A program made the position numbers and the translations under genes. The notes below the pieces were generated by a model. That model worked only from the letters and a program-made list of their open reading frames with translations, did no database searches and had not been told where the DNA came from. Below, one piece after another: positions 1-9,452 of a DNA stretch of 64,000 nucleotides (the stretch's first letter is position 1; each line of letters opens with the position of its first letter). The stretch covers positions 3,614 to 67,613 of the forward strand of contig CAZLVB010000001.1 in NCBI GenBank assembly GCA_964562855.1. Reading direction: 5' to 3'. Origin of the DNA: an uncultured Gammaproteobacteria bacterium (lineage in GTDB: Bacteria > Patescibacteriota > Microgenomatia > Curtissbacterales > GWA2-41-24).

Positions 1-845
1 TTATGAATAAAATTGCCGAATTTTAGACCCAAGTCCTGATCCTGCAAAATGAATTTTATTGATTTCTCGATGTCCTCAAGCCGGGGTCTGCCGGTTGTAA
101 CTTCAAAACGCTGTAAGATTACTTTTGGGGGTATCAAAACAACGAGTGGCAGGGCAAGTGTGATAGTTATCAACAAAAAACCGGCCAAATATTTTTTAGG
201 GACAGAGAGAATATCTTTTTTCCAAATAAAAAAAGTAGCAATGAATAAAAGCGGCACAAAAATCCTTTCCGCATGATAGGTATACGCCGATAAAGCCAAA
301 AGAATACCGCTTACGATAAGCAATTTTTTATTTTTCAACCCATACAAAAAGGCGGTGATAGAACTTGCAGCAAAGAAGAGTCCCACAGTTGCTTCAAAGC
401 CAACCCGGGAAAACTGGAGATGCCAGGGGGAGATGGCCAACATTAGCATAGCTACTGTCGGAATATCCAATTTCAAATAATTACCAATTTCAAATTTCAA
501 ATTCGAGTTTTCAAATAGTTTTTTAGCTAAAAGATATAGTACGGGGACGGTCAGAAATCCGAAGATTGCAGATGGAAGCCTAGCGGCAAAAGGTGTCAGC
601 CCAAAAACGGCAACTGAGGGGATATTGAAGTACATGTAAAGTGGGGGTTTATAGTCGTCAAAAGATCTGTTGGTTATGGGTAGGAAGTCGCCGTATTCAT
701 CTTTGCCAGTTTTGAGAATTGAGTAGGCATTATAGGCATTACTGTTTTCGTCCCAATCTAAACTCAAAGGAATTTGTCCTAATTTGTAAAACCGGAGAAT
801 AAATGCTAAAAAAAGAATTGCCAAGAATATTGTTTTTCTACTCAA
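1..845 (-). CDS. GT39/PMT-like GT-C membrane glycosyltransferase paralog; partial, C-terminus lies beyond the window start
   Basis: Hand translation of the minus strand (frame with + coordinates divisible by 3) is open from 845 to 3. N-terminus reads LSRKTIFLAILFLAFILRFYKLGQIPLSLDWDENSNAYNAYSILKTGKDEYG ... LAISPWHLQFSRVGFE, matching the DE-motif N-terminus and ISPWH motif of the other paralogs. Putative TTG start at 843-845 preceded by GAGGAG. Confidence 0.6.
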   Translation of the reverse strand, partial: MSRKTIFLAILFLAFILRFYKLGQIPLSLDWDENSNAYNAYSILKTGKDEYGDFLPITNRSFDDYKPPLYMYFNIPSVAVFGLTPFAARLPSAIFGFLTVPVLYLLAKKLFENSNLKFEIGNYLKLDIPTVAMLMLAISPWHLQFSRVGFEATVGLFFAASSITAFLYGLKNKKLLIVSGILLALSAYTYHAERIFVPLLFIATFFIWKKDILSVPKKYLAGFLLITITLALPLVVLIPPKVILQRFEVTTGRPRLEDIEKSIKFILQDQDLGLKFGNFIH

Positions 846-2556
846 TTTTTTGCTCCTCTAACCTTTTTTTAATCTGGTCAACTTCATACACTTCAAAAAG
901 TCTGTCCCCATTGGGATCATCGACAGTAAAAATTGGCTTGACTTTAAACGATAATTCTTTGGCTTCTGTACCTTCAACCGCCAGCAAGGAGTTGACAGGA
1001 AGGGTTTCGGTACTGGGTGCTGATGGATAAAAGGTAAATTGGCCAATTTTTTCGATTACCTGCCACCCTCCCTGGTCGCGATATCTGACCACTGAGTTTA
1101 GAAAATTTTCGGGATCATATTTTTCGTAAAACAAGTAATGGATATATTGTTTGGCGTCATCCCCTTTTCTCGAAACTGCGATTTCACTATATGCGAACTT
1201 TTTGCTCTCCAAATAATTAAAAAGGTCCTTGTAACCATATCTTTGGTATCTTGCATAAACTTTTGGATAGAAATAAATCATATCTGTCCAAAATCGGGCT
1301 ATGGAGGCTAAAATGACAAGTAGTACGGCAATGCCTAACAACTGTTTTGCCCGTCTATTTTGTATCAGGGCAAAGAGTGTCATTAGACCAAAGGCGGCTA
1401 TAATCTGGGGAATTGGCATCAAGATGTTTAATCTGCCCGGATTACCAACACCCGTTATTGAAGGCCCGATAGGTATAATCAGAATCCAGGCAAGAAGCAG
1501 TAAGGAATTACTATTTTTAAATTTTAAGAGAGAAATTAGCCCGATTATCAAAAGCGGCAGTTCGAAAGTGTAAAAAAAACCTCTTAAGGGTACAGACTGA
1601 TAACCGGTGTAATTACCTTTTATGTAATAAGTTTCAGGCGATAAATTTGAGAAATAATTATTAAGATAAGTGGATAAGAAATAGGTATATTTATTGTATA
1701 TAACTGAGCAGACAAACATTGATAGTCCAGGTTGACATGAACCACGCCGAGAATTAATATCGTCAACTATTCCGCTTCTTTGAACTCCGGCAATAAAACT
1801 TTCCTGGAAAAATCGGGACTGGCCTTTAAAAGTTAATACAGTTGGAATCAGGGGTGTCAGCAGAATAAGAAATAATACTACGTTTCTCGCAAGCGCCGGC
1901 CAGATTGTTCTAAGTTTTCCTCGGTAAAAATAAATCAGCGCGGCAAGAAAAAGAGGCACGAAGAGCCAGCTGGAGCGGTAAATATAAAAACAGAGAGCAA
2001 ATCCAATAAAAGCAAAAGTTAGATATTTGCTATCCTTCAACCCCTTCAAGAAAAAATAGGTAGAGATTACTATAAAGAAAATTAAAATATCGGATTCAAA
2101 TGCATTGCGTGAAGCGACAATGTGCCACGGGGAGATTGCCAACATTAGCGCAGCTAATGTTGGAATTTCCAATTTCCAATTTCCAATTTCCAATAATTTT
2201 TTTAAGTCTTTAAAAAGTTCTTTAGTCAGCAGGTATGTCGCCCAGACAGCCAGAACGCCAAATGCTGCCGACGGGAGTCTTGTAGCGAATTCGTTGACTC
2301 CAAAGAAAAATTGTGAAACTACTGTTAAGTAAAGATATCCGACCAGCTTCCAGTCACCGAAACTTTCGAAAACCGGAAATGGTAAAAATCTCCCCCACTC
2401 GTCTTGGCCGTTTTTAAGAATCGAATAAGCATTGTAACCAAAAGCCGCCTCATCATCGTTAAAGCCGATGGGGATCGTGGTGAGATTTATGAAACGCAAT
2501 AAAACCGCTACCAAAATTATTGCGAGTAAGAAAAAATTGCCCCTGGCCCACTTCAT
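838..2556 (-). CDS. GT39/PMT-like (dolichyl/polyprenyl-phosphate-mannose-protein mannosyltransferase family) polytopic membrane glycosyltransferase
   Basis: 572 aa ORF with N-terminal TM segment followed by a DDEAAFGYNAYSILKNGQDEWG loop-1 DE motif and an ISPWH motif. Paralogous to 4037, 6217, 7809 and 9415. Confidence 0.75.
   Translation of the reverse strand: MKWARGNFFLLAIILVAVLLRFINLTTIPIGFNDDEAAFGYNAYSILKNGQDEWGRFLPFPVFESFGDWKLVGYLYLTVVSQFFFGVNEFATRLPSAAFGVLAVWATYLLTKELFKDLKKLLEIGNWKLEIPTLAALMLAISPWHIVASRNAFESDILIFFIVISTYFFLKGLKDSKYLTFAFIGFALCFYIYRSSWLFVPLFLAALIYFYRGKLRTIWPALARNVVLFLILLTPLIPTVLTFKGQSRFFQESFIAGVQRSGIVDDINSRRGSCQPGLSMFVCSVIYNKYTYFLSTYLNNYFSNLSPETYYIKGNYTGYQSVPLRGFFYTFELPLLIIGLISLLKFKNSNSLLLLAWILIIPIGPSITGVGNPGRLNILMPIPQIIAAFGLMTLFALIQNRRAKQLLGIAVLLVILASIARFWTDMIYFYPKVYARYQRYGYKDLFNYLESKKFAYSEIAVSRKGDDAKQYIHYLFYEKYDPENFLNSVVRYRDQGGWQVIEKIGQFTFYPSAPSTETLPVNSLLAVEGTEAKELSFKVKPIFTVDDPNGDRLFEVYEVDQIKKRLEEQKIE
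2139..2195. repeat. perfect 11-bp inverted repeat (CCAACATTAGC-GCA-GCTAATGTTGG, 2139-2163) followed by 4 perfect copies of heptanucleotide TTCCAAT (2168-2195), inside the CDS of GT39 paralog 838..2556
   Basis: Read directly from the sequence. The same palindrome is present at 10668-10692 in paralog 9415..11109; a degenerate copy is at 436-460. The repeat region translates in frame to LEIGNWKLEIPTLAALMLA. Confidence 0.8.
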
Positions 2557-4040
2557 GGTATTACCTGGTACAATCTCATGTAGCTATTCCCTACTCCTTT
2601 TTGGAATTTAACAACAAATTTTAAATTTCGATTTGTAATCTCTTTTTGATTCTCGTTAAAAACAAAGTACGTTTTATTAATTTGCGCCTGCTCTAGTGCC
2701 TGTTGAGAAAGTTTATTTGTATCTACCGGCCAAAAGCCGGTGATTTGTACGTTGTGATTACCGAAAAAATAAATCAGAAGGGCATACGGCAGTAGCCCAA
2801 AAGTACCTTCGGTTCCAACGTAAATCTGTTTATCTTTTGATTCGTTACGAATGATTTCAACGACCTCGTTAACTCCGTATCCCGCCGGCCAATCATTTAG
2901 ATACTGGCCCTTATCACTGTCGGCAATTCTTGCCTTTGTAGGGCTAGTCAGGAGAAAGTATGACGAAGAAAGAGGTAATATCAAAAACAAAGCAAAAATG
3001 GCTACGAATGATTTTTTAAATTGAGGAATTCGATCTAAAAAACTAATTACTCCGTGCGACAAAATAATTATTAAAAACGGAAAATAAAAAAGAAGAAACC
3101 TTGGGTAAATTACTTTATTGAAAACGGCCATCGCCAAAAACGGTATCAAAAATAAAAAAGATAAATAAATTATTCTTTTGTTCATTTTGTAGATTCCCCA
3201 AATAGCAGAAATTATAAAGATTAAGAACAGGGGCCATGTAATATAAGACGCAATCCATGTAGAAAGAGTAAAAAGGTTTGATTTAAAGAAAATGAGAGGA
3301 TCTTTTGCCACTTCTGAAAAAGGCCTGATAAATTCCAAGTTTTTGCGACCAATAATGTAAAACAGCGGGGAAAGTCTTAAACTGTTGTACATAAGTTGGG
3401 TTAAAACCACAGAAATGGCAGAAAGCCCAAGCCATTTTAAAAATTTGACATTCCGATTTTTTGCCGTGAAATCAAAAAGCAATAAAGAGAGCGGCAGAAA
3501 ATACAGAAAAAATACCCCAGACGATTTAGTAATCATTGCTAAGCCAATGGCAAAACCTGAAAATATAGATGTATCAAGACGTGGATTTTTGATGAGTTTA
3601 ACTGCAAACAAAATACTCAATATTCCAAACATTGTCAGCAACGAATCAAAAAGGGCCATACGATCGTAGAGTAAAGTGAATGGTAAGATTACATATAGAA
3701 GCGCCGAAAGTTTAGCAACTTTATCTGAAAACAGTTCTCTCGTTAGAAAATAAATTGCGACGACTGAGCCAAAACCGGCCATGACTGAGACTGCTCTTGT
3801 GGCAATTAAAGGATCATTTATAAAATTTTGAAAAATAGCGGCAAGCCAAATAAATAACGGTTGTTTGCCGTCTTCTAGAGAAATAAACCGGTGGGCTGGA
3901 TCGTGAAGAGCGACTTGGGCCCAATAGCTGTAAATTGCCTCGTCGGTGAATATCGGAATAATCTTTAGGTTGATGATTCTTGTCAGAAAATAGACTAAAA
4001 CTAAAAGAGGCCAGAAGAAAAATTCGAATTTGTTTTTCAT
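2553..4040 (-). CDS. ArnT/PMT_2-like GT-C membrane glycosyltransferase
   Basis: 495 aa polytopic ORF with an FTDEAIYSYWAQV motif resembling the ArnT DE(A/T)xY(A/S) loop motif. Overlaps both neighbours by 4 nt. Confidence 0.6.
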   Translation of the reverse strand: MKNKFEFFFWPLLVLVYFLTRIINLKIIPIFTDEAIYSYWAQVALHDPAHRFISLEDGKQPLFIWLAAIFQNFINDPLIATRAVSVMAGFGSVVAIYFLTRELFSDKVAKLSALLYVILPFTLLYDRMALFDSLLTMFGILSILFAVKLIKNPRLDTSIFSGFAIGLAMITKSSGVFFLYFLPLSLLLFDFTAKNRNVKFLKWLGLSAISVVLTQLMYNSLRLSPLFYIIGRKNLEFIRPFSEVAKDPLIFFKSNLFTLSTWIASYITWPLFLIFIISAIWGIYKMNKRIIYLSFLFLIPFLAMAVFNKVIYPRFLLFYFPFLIIILSHGVISFLDRIPQFKKSFVAIFALFLILPLSSSYFLLTSPTKARIADSDKGQYLNDWPAGYGVNEVVEIIRNESKDKQIYVGTEGTFGLLPYALLIYFFGNHNVQITGFWPVDTNKLSQQALEQAQINKTYFVFNENQKEITNRNLKFVVKFQKGVGNSYMRLYQVIP

Positions 4041-5650
4041 CGTGAAGAGATTCCTATATCGAAAACCCGTTGGCCTTCTAAATTGCTGACGGAATCGACT
4101 TTTTGAGCATCGGGAGGCAGTTGTTCCGGACTTGCAATAAAAAGCGCCTTGCCGGTAAGGGTAATATTGCCAAGACTATCACTGAATCTGTATTTATCAA
4201 AAGCCTCTACATCCAAAAAGTAAAATTTGTCTCTTTCGGTCTGGGACGTTTGCCAATAAAGTTTTGGTTCGTACTTAGTATAAAAAAGGAAATAAATATA
4301 TGGCCTTCCTTGGGCTTTTGTGACTACTATTTGATCGACTTGATCGTAATATTTTTGGGAAGCTTCAACAACCTGTTTGTAGCCGTATTGCCAGGAGCCT
4401 GAATAATTTAGAGGCCAGTGAATGTAATACATATGCAAGTAATAGAAAAAGTTGAGAGCCAATAATAAAAACGTTGCAATAAAAAAGATTTTTTTGAATT
4501 TGATTAGTTGATAAAGATAATATGCTCCAAAGGCGGCGATTAGTTGAAACGTTGGCAGAATATGGACCATTCTCAGTGCGTGCGGAGTTTCTCGAGCAGT
4601 GGCAGGACCAAGAGGTGAAACTAGCATCCAGCCAATGATTAACCACCGATACTGATGTTTTTTGGAAAATAAGAAATAAATGCCCGCCAATATTAATGGC
4701 AGATCGACAAGATAAAGTTCGCCAACTTCCTGGATTGAAAGTCTTGGATTAACATCTCCGCGAAAAAATAGGAAACTTGGGTTAAAAGCATCTAAATAAT
4801 GTTTTAAGTATTCTTGTGCATAAAATAAGCGCCGGTTGTGAATTAAATTGGACCACAAGGAATAGTTATCACGTACTTGATATCTTCTTGATTCGTCTAT
4901 GGGTTTTAAATCCCTAAAAATCGTGACTTCATTAAACCTAAGTTTGCCTTCGATAGTAATGGTTGCGAATTTAAATAGTGGCCAAAAAAGAAAAAGTGCT
5001 ACGATTGCGGTCGCAGTAACTAACTTGAGATTCGCCATAATTTGTTTTCTAAATTGCAGAAATAATATAGCCAAAATAAACGGCACAAAGAGCCTCTGGC
5101 CGGTGAACGTGTAGATTGCAGCTAAGAAGGAGAGTGCAGAAAAAAATAAGTAATATGATTTACCGGTCGCGAATTTTAAAAATAGATAGATCCCCAGTGT
5201 TGAAAAAAACAGGCCTAAATTTGCTTCAAAAGCCCCTCTTGAGAACTGTAAGTGCCAAGGGGAAATTGTTAAAAATAAAGCTGCAAGAAGCGAGATAACT
5301 TCTCTCTTAAAAAGTATTTTGGAAATTAAATAAACTAAAATAACAGTCAAAACTCCAAAAAAAGCAGAAGGGAATCTAATTGAGAATTCGTTTAGACCAA
5401 ATAAGGCCACTGACGGTACAGTTGTATAAATATAGCCTGGAGGCTTGTAATCACCAAAAGCTGCAAAATTAGTCAGTGGCATAAATTTACCGTGTTCATC
5501 ATGGCCAGTTTTAAGTATTGAATAAGCGTTGTAACCCAAAGAGGCCTCATCCCAATAAAGCGAGGGCGGGACAGATGAGAGTTTATAAAGTCTTAAAAAT
5601 AAGGCTAGCAGAACAATAGATATTAAGAGAACATTATTTAAATTTTTCAT
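4037..5650 (-). CDS. GT39/PMT-like membrane glycosyltransferase paralog
   Basis: 537 aa; YWDEASLGYNAYSILKTGHDEHGKFMPL and ISPWHLQFSRGAFE motifs. Confidence 0.75.
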   Translation of the reverse strand: MKNLNNVLLISIVLLALFLRLYKLSSVPPSLYWDEASLGYNAYSILKTGHDEHGKFMPLTNFAAFGDYKPPGYIYTTVPSVALFGLNEFSIRFPSAFFGVLTVILVYLISKILFKREVISLLAALFLTISPWHLQFSRGAFEANLGLFFSTLGIYLFLKFATGKSYYLFFSALSFLAAIYTFTGQRLFVPFILAILFLQFRKQIMANLKLVTATAIVALFLFWPLFKFATITIEGKLRFNEVTIFRDLKPIDESRRYQVRDNYSLWSNLIHNRRLFYAQEYLKHYLDAFNPSFLFFRGDVNPRLSIQEVGELYLVDLPLILAGIYFLFSKKHQYRWLIIGWMLVSPLGPATARETPHALRMVHILPTFQLIAAFGAYYLYQLIKFKKIFFIATFLLLALNFFYYLHMYYIHWPLNYSGSWQYGYKQVVEASQKYYDQVDQIVVTKAQGRPYIYFLFYTKYEPKLYWQTSQTERDKFYFLDVEAFDKYRFSDSLGNITLTGKALFIASPEQLPPDAQKVDSVSNLEGQRVFDIGISSR

Positions 5651-5654
5651 CTCG

Positions 5655-6230
5655 CTAATTAAAAAAGATATTATTACATACCGACTTTAATTGCCAATTG
5701 AAGATGAAGTACCAGATAGTTAAGTAGCTTAGGGCAACTAAAATAAATATTGACTGGGCCGATTTGGCAAGTCGCCCGATCCCCCATAGAGAAAACGTGT
5801 ATCTTGACAAGGCTAACAAATAAAACTCCAGTTTGGATGAAGAAGCAATAATTGCGTATAACGGTACAGCTAGGAATGTCAAAAAATGGACTAGAGACCA
5901 AAAACGTTTTTTTCTGGTAATTTCAACTATTCCTAAGATCAGTAGTACAACACCAACTGGCCCGACGGTTTCGAATAACAACTTAGGGGTAAAAGTGGAT
6001 AAATACGATTTGCCAAATTCGTAGAGGCCGGCACTTGCTTTATTATGAAAAAAACGGGCGACGGTTCTTTCTATATCTGTATCTGTAGCCGTTTGTGATT
6101 CGACATTAATTTTTACTGAAAGCGGGATAAAGCTATAATCGATAAATTGCTTACAACCGGTGGTTTGCCACATTCTAAAAGCATAAACTGAAACTATTAG
6201 TAAAATTAAAACTAATTTAATTTTTGCCAT
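5655..6230 (-). CDS. hypothetical membrane protein
   Basis: 191 aa ORF with an N-terminal hydrophobic segment and about four predicted TM helices. It sits between two GT39 paralogs. No recognisable family. Confidence 0.4.
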   Translation of the reverse strand: MAKIKLVLILLIVSVYAFRMWQTTGCKQFIDYSFIPLSVKINVESQTATDTDIERTVARFFHNKASAGLYEFGKSYLSTFTPKLLFETVGPVGVVLLILGIVEITRKKRFWSLVHFLTFLAVPLYAIIASSSKLEFYLLALSRYTFSLWGIGRLAKSAQSIFILVALSYLTIWYFIFNWQLKSVCNNIFFN

Positions 6231-7818
6231 TTATTTTCCAGAGAGAATATATATGACGCCCATTAGTATCATTGGCTGCAGTAAGCCAATCACCGTCGAC
6301 CTTCTTCCATGACGGTGCAACGTATAAAATTCTTCCTTTATTGTACAAATCAAAATCGTCAGAAGTGAAAATGTATTTTGAGAATCCATCCTTGTTGCCT
6401 TCAGTTGCGAACTTTTGTGGATCGTATTTTTTATAAAACAGAACATATATATATGGAACTTGGGTAATGTTGGAGATATAAATTTTGTCAAAAGTATTTT
6501 CGAATTGCACCAACTTTTCTACCATTTGCTTGTTGCCATCTTGCCAGTCCGCGGAAAATTTTCGCGGATAATGAATAAAAAGTAGGTGCACATAGGTTAA
6601 AAATGAATAGACAATGACAATCGAAATCATCAGCTTGATAATGTACGGTTTGTAATTTGAGAAGAGATGGTATAACCCTAACCCTGATAAAAAAGCCATT
6701 GGCACTGCCATTTGAAGAGTCCTGTATGCGTGAGGCGCTGGATTGACGATACTGGCTGGAATGGGAGCAACAAAAAGCATTGCAAGTAATAACTTAACCG
6801 ACTTTTTATCCTGGCCTCTAAGTGCAAAAAGGGCAACAATAATTAAAATTAGCTCAAAAGAAAATATTTGGCCCATGTCGACTTGAGAATGCCTGCCGGT
6901 TTGATCCCCGTTTATGAAAAGGAAGGTAGGCGAGAAATGTTCAATATAGTTGTTTAAAGCGATCGAGGAATAATAAAAAGGCTTGGACCAGTATCCGGAT
7001 AAAAGTCTCAACGGTCTTTTGGAACTTTGATCAAACCCGACTCTAGCCATTTCGAAATCACCAGGATCGAATCCCGACTGGGAAATCGCCCTAGCTCTAC
7101 CATTTGGCGAAAAAGTGAAAGTAAAAAGCGGCAGAAAAATAATTACTCCGACGATCACCGGAATTATTAAAATCTTGATCATTTTTCTGAGTTGGTTGAA
7201 ATAAATTAAAAAAATCGCAAAGATCATCAGGGGGGTAAAGATTCTATAGGCATGATAGCTGTACATTGAAAGATCAAAGAGGATAAAAGCGGCTGTGAAA
7301 TAAGCCCATTTCTTCTTTTCAAACGAATTTAAAAAAATAAATAAGCCACTCATAAAGAAAAAGAGACCGGCCGTTGATTCAAAACCAGCTCTGGAAAACT
7401 GTATATGCCAAGGTGAAATAGCTAAGAATAATGTCGAGAATAAGGATAATTTTTCATTTTTGGTTAATTTGTAAACGATTAAAAAGAAAACTAATACGGT
7501 GATGGATCCTAAAAAAGCGCTTGGAAGACGAACTGCAAATTCATTCAGGCCGAATACTGCAATCGATGGTACAAGCAAATAATGATAAACGGGTAGTTTC
7601 CAGTCACCGAAGCTTTCAAAGAACAATGGCAGAGTAACTCCGTGGTGATCCTTACCCGTTTTAAGCAGGGAGTAAGCATCGTAACCAAAAACCGCTTCAT
7701 CCCAATAAAGCCCAGGCGGATTGAGCCCCAATTTATAGAAGCGTAGAATGCCAGCTAGGATCAAAATCACCAAGAGGATTACAAGCTTATGATTTGAGAT
7801 TTTAATTTTCATTGCCAT
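6217..7818 (-). CDS. GT39/PMT-like membrane glycosyltransferase paralog
   Basis: 533 aa; LYWDEAVFGYDAYSLLKTGKDHHG and ISPWHIQFSRAGFE motifs. Confidence 0.75.
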   Translation of the reverse strand: MAMKIKISNHKLVILLVILILAGILRFYKLGLNPPGLYWDEAVFGYDAYSLLKTGKDHHGVTLPLFFESFGDWKLPVYHYLLVPSIAVFGLNEFAVRLPSAFLGSITVLVFFLIVYKLTKNEKLSLFSTLFLAISPWHIQFSRAGFESTAGLFFFMSGLFIFLNSFEKKKWAYFTAAFILFDLSMYSYHAYRIFTPLMIFAIFLIYFNQLRKMIKILIIPVIVGVIIFLPLFTFTFSPNGRARAISQSGFDPGDFEMARVGFDQSSKRPLRLLSGYWSKPFYYSSIALNNYIEHFSPTFLFINGDQTGRHSQVDMGQIFSFELILIIVALFALRGQDKKSVKLLLAMLFVAPIPASIVNPAPHAYRTLQMAVPMAFLSGLGLYHLFSNYKPYIIKLMISIVIVYSFLTYVHLLFIHYPRKFSADWQDGNKQMVEKLVQFENTFDKIYISNITQVPYIYVLFYKKYDPQKFATEGNKDGFSKYIFTSDDFDLYNKGRILYVAPSWKKVDGDWLTAANDTNGRHIYSLWKINGKN

Positions 7819-9452
7819 TCACCTATAAGGAATATTTCTTTTTTTTGCGAGTAGTCAGAAACTGTATACAGTTTTATAAATCGTTTCTCTCTGCCGATTG
7901 CCTGCAGTTCCTGAGGCGAAATTGCTAGCAATGTCTTTGTTCCGCTAATAGAGTCAATTGCGGCCTCGTCCAAATCCTTGCCGCCGCTATCCCAGTATGT
8001 GGTGCCGAATTTGTATTTACCAATGCGCTCTTGATTAAAGCCGAAATAGTTTTGAGGCTCAATTTTATTGTAAAAAAGATAGAAGATATAAGGTTTCCAG
8101 TAGCGTCCGGTCACAATAACCGAGTCGTAACTATTTTCAATTTCTGCAATTTGGGAAAACATCTGCTTATAGCCGTAAGCCCAGCTCGCACTGTCTTTAA
8201 GAGGGTAGACAAAATAATAGCTGTAAATATAATTTGTAAAAAATAGAATAATTGCAATGACAGCTAATATTTTATAAATCTGTCTCTTAACAAGAACTGC
8301 TTGTAATCCTAATGCGGACAGCATAATTAAAGATGGCAGCATCAATAAAGAGCGCAGTGCGTGTGGTGATTGTTGGGAAAATGCTGCAGGAAGCGGAGAA
8401 AAAACTAACCAGGCCGCAATAAATATTTTTGATTTTAACTCAACTTTTTTCATTAAAATCCAAAACCCTATAAAAATTAATGGTAATTCGAAAAGATAGA
8501 AGTTGCCGTGATACGCAGAATGATGACGCGGATTAGAATCACCCCCGAAAAACAAAAACGGGAATGAAAAGTGCGAAAAATAGTTATTTGCCGCCGTAAA
8601 AATGTAAGGTATTCTTCTGTTTAGGAAAAAATTCGCAAAAACGCTTGGATTTTTTGCCTTGGCATCCACATAATCTACTGTCAGTGATTTGTCCGAAAAA
8701 ATGCTAATTTCGGAAATATGTTTTACTCCCACGGGTCGAAAGGTTTGAATTATTAAGGGGGTAAGAAAAAGTATAGATATCGCTAAGCCCGATAGATAGT
8801 ATCTGACATTTTTGAATATCAATTTATTAAAAACGATAAAGAATACAAGTACTATAAGAGGTACAAACAATTTTGGTGAATGATAGAAAAAGATCGAAGT
8901 CGCAAGCACAGGAATTGAAAATAAAGCTACTAGGCGATTTCCTGTGCCATAAAACAGCATATTGGATCCTAACACCACAAGTGTTAGTGCTACGTTTGCT
9001 TCAAATGCAGCTCTTGAAAATTGCAGGTGCCAAGGGGAAATTGCCAGAAGGGCCGAGGCACTTAGCGCCACCTGTTCGCTAAGTTTGTAATTTGCAAAGA
9101 GATTTTTGGATAAAAAATAGATGCCGATGACTGCAAAAACACCGAAGAGCGCGGAAGGAAATCTTACTGAAAATTCAGAAAGGCCTAAGAATTTTATAAA
9201 AGGTGCGTCAAGATATATATACCCCGGAAGCTTATAATCGTTAAAAGATTTAAATAATATAGGCAGCTTTGTTCCGTACTCATCTGTTTGATTTTTAGCT
9301 ATAGAAAAAGCATTATACCCATTGGCTACTTCATCCCAATATAAAGAAACAGGAAAAGACTCAAGCTTATAAAATCTAAGAATTGCCGCAATAACTGTGA
9401 TTACAATAAGAAGTTTATATTTCATCTGAAACAATGTGGATAGCTGGTTCAC
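7809..9452 (-). CDS. GT39/PMT-like membrane glycosyltransferase paralog
   Basis: 547 aa; LYWDEVANGYNAFSIAKNQTDEYG and ISPWHLQFSRAAFE motifs. Confidence 0.75.
   Translation of the reverse strand: MNQLSTLFQMKYKLLIVITVIAAILRFYKLESFPVSLYWDEVANGYNAFSIAKNQTDEYGTKLPILFKSFNDYKLPGYIYLDAPFIKFLGLSEFSVRFPSALFGVFAVIGIYFLSKNLFANYKLSEQVALSASALLAISPWHLQFSRAAFEANVALTLVVLGSNMLFYGTGNRLVALFSIPVLATSIFFYHSPKLFVPLIVLVFFIVFNKLIFKNVRYYLSGLAISILFLTPLIIQTFRPVGVKHISEISIFSDKSLTVDYVDAKAKNPSVFANFFLNRRIPYIFTAANNYFSHFSFPFLFFGGDSNPRHHSAYHGNFYLFELPLIFIGFWILMKKVELKSKIFIAAWLVFSPLPAAFSQQSPHALRSLLMLPSLIMLSALGLQAVLVKRQIYKILAVIAIILFFTNYIYSYYFVYPLKDSASWAYGYKQMFSQIAEIENSYDSVIVTGRYWKPYIFYLFYNKIEPQNYFGFNQERIGKYKFGTTYWDSGGKDLDEAAIDSISGTKTLLAISPQELQAIGREKRFIKLYTVSDYSQKKEIFLIGEWQ

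Noticed and set aside
49-276. Plus-strand 75-aa ORF (and other short plus-strand ORFs at 803..1030, 2105..2332, 3385..3669, 10466..10705 and similar)
   Set aside because: All lie antisense within long, motif-rich minus-strand genes; 49..276 is inside the partial GT39 paralog 1..845. The 2105 and 10466 ORFs exist only because the shared palindromic block reads open on both strands. No independent coding evidence.
5655-6230. 5655..6230 as a decayed GT39 fragment (pseudogene)
   Set aside because: Its sequence shows none of the GT39 motifs (DE loop, ISPWH) in any frame and it has its own start and stop. It is kept as a small hypothetical membrane protein.
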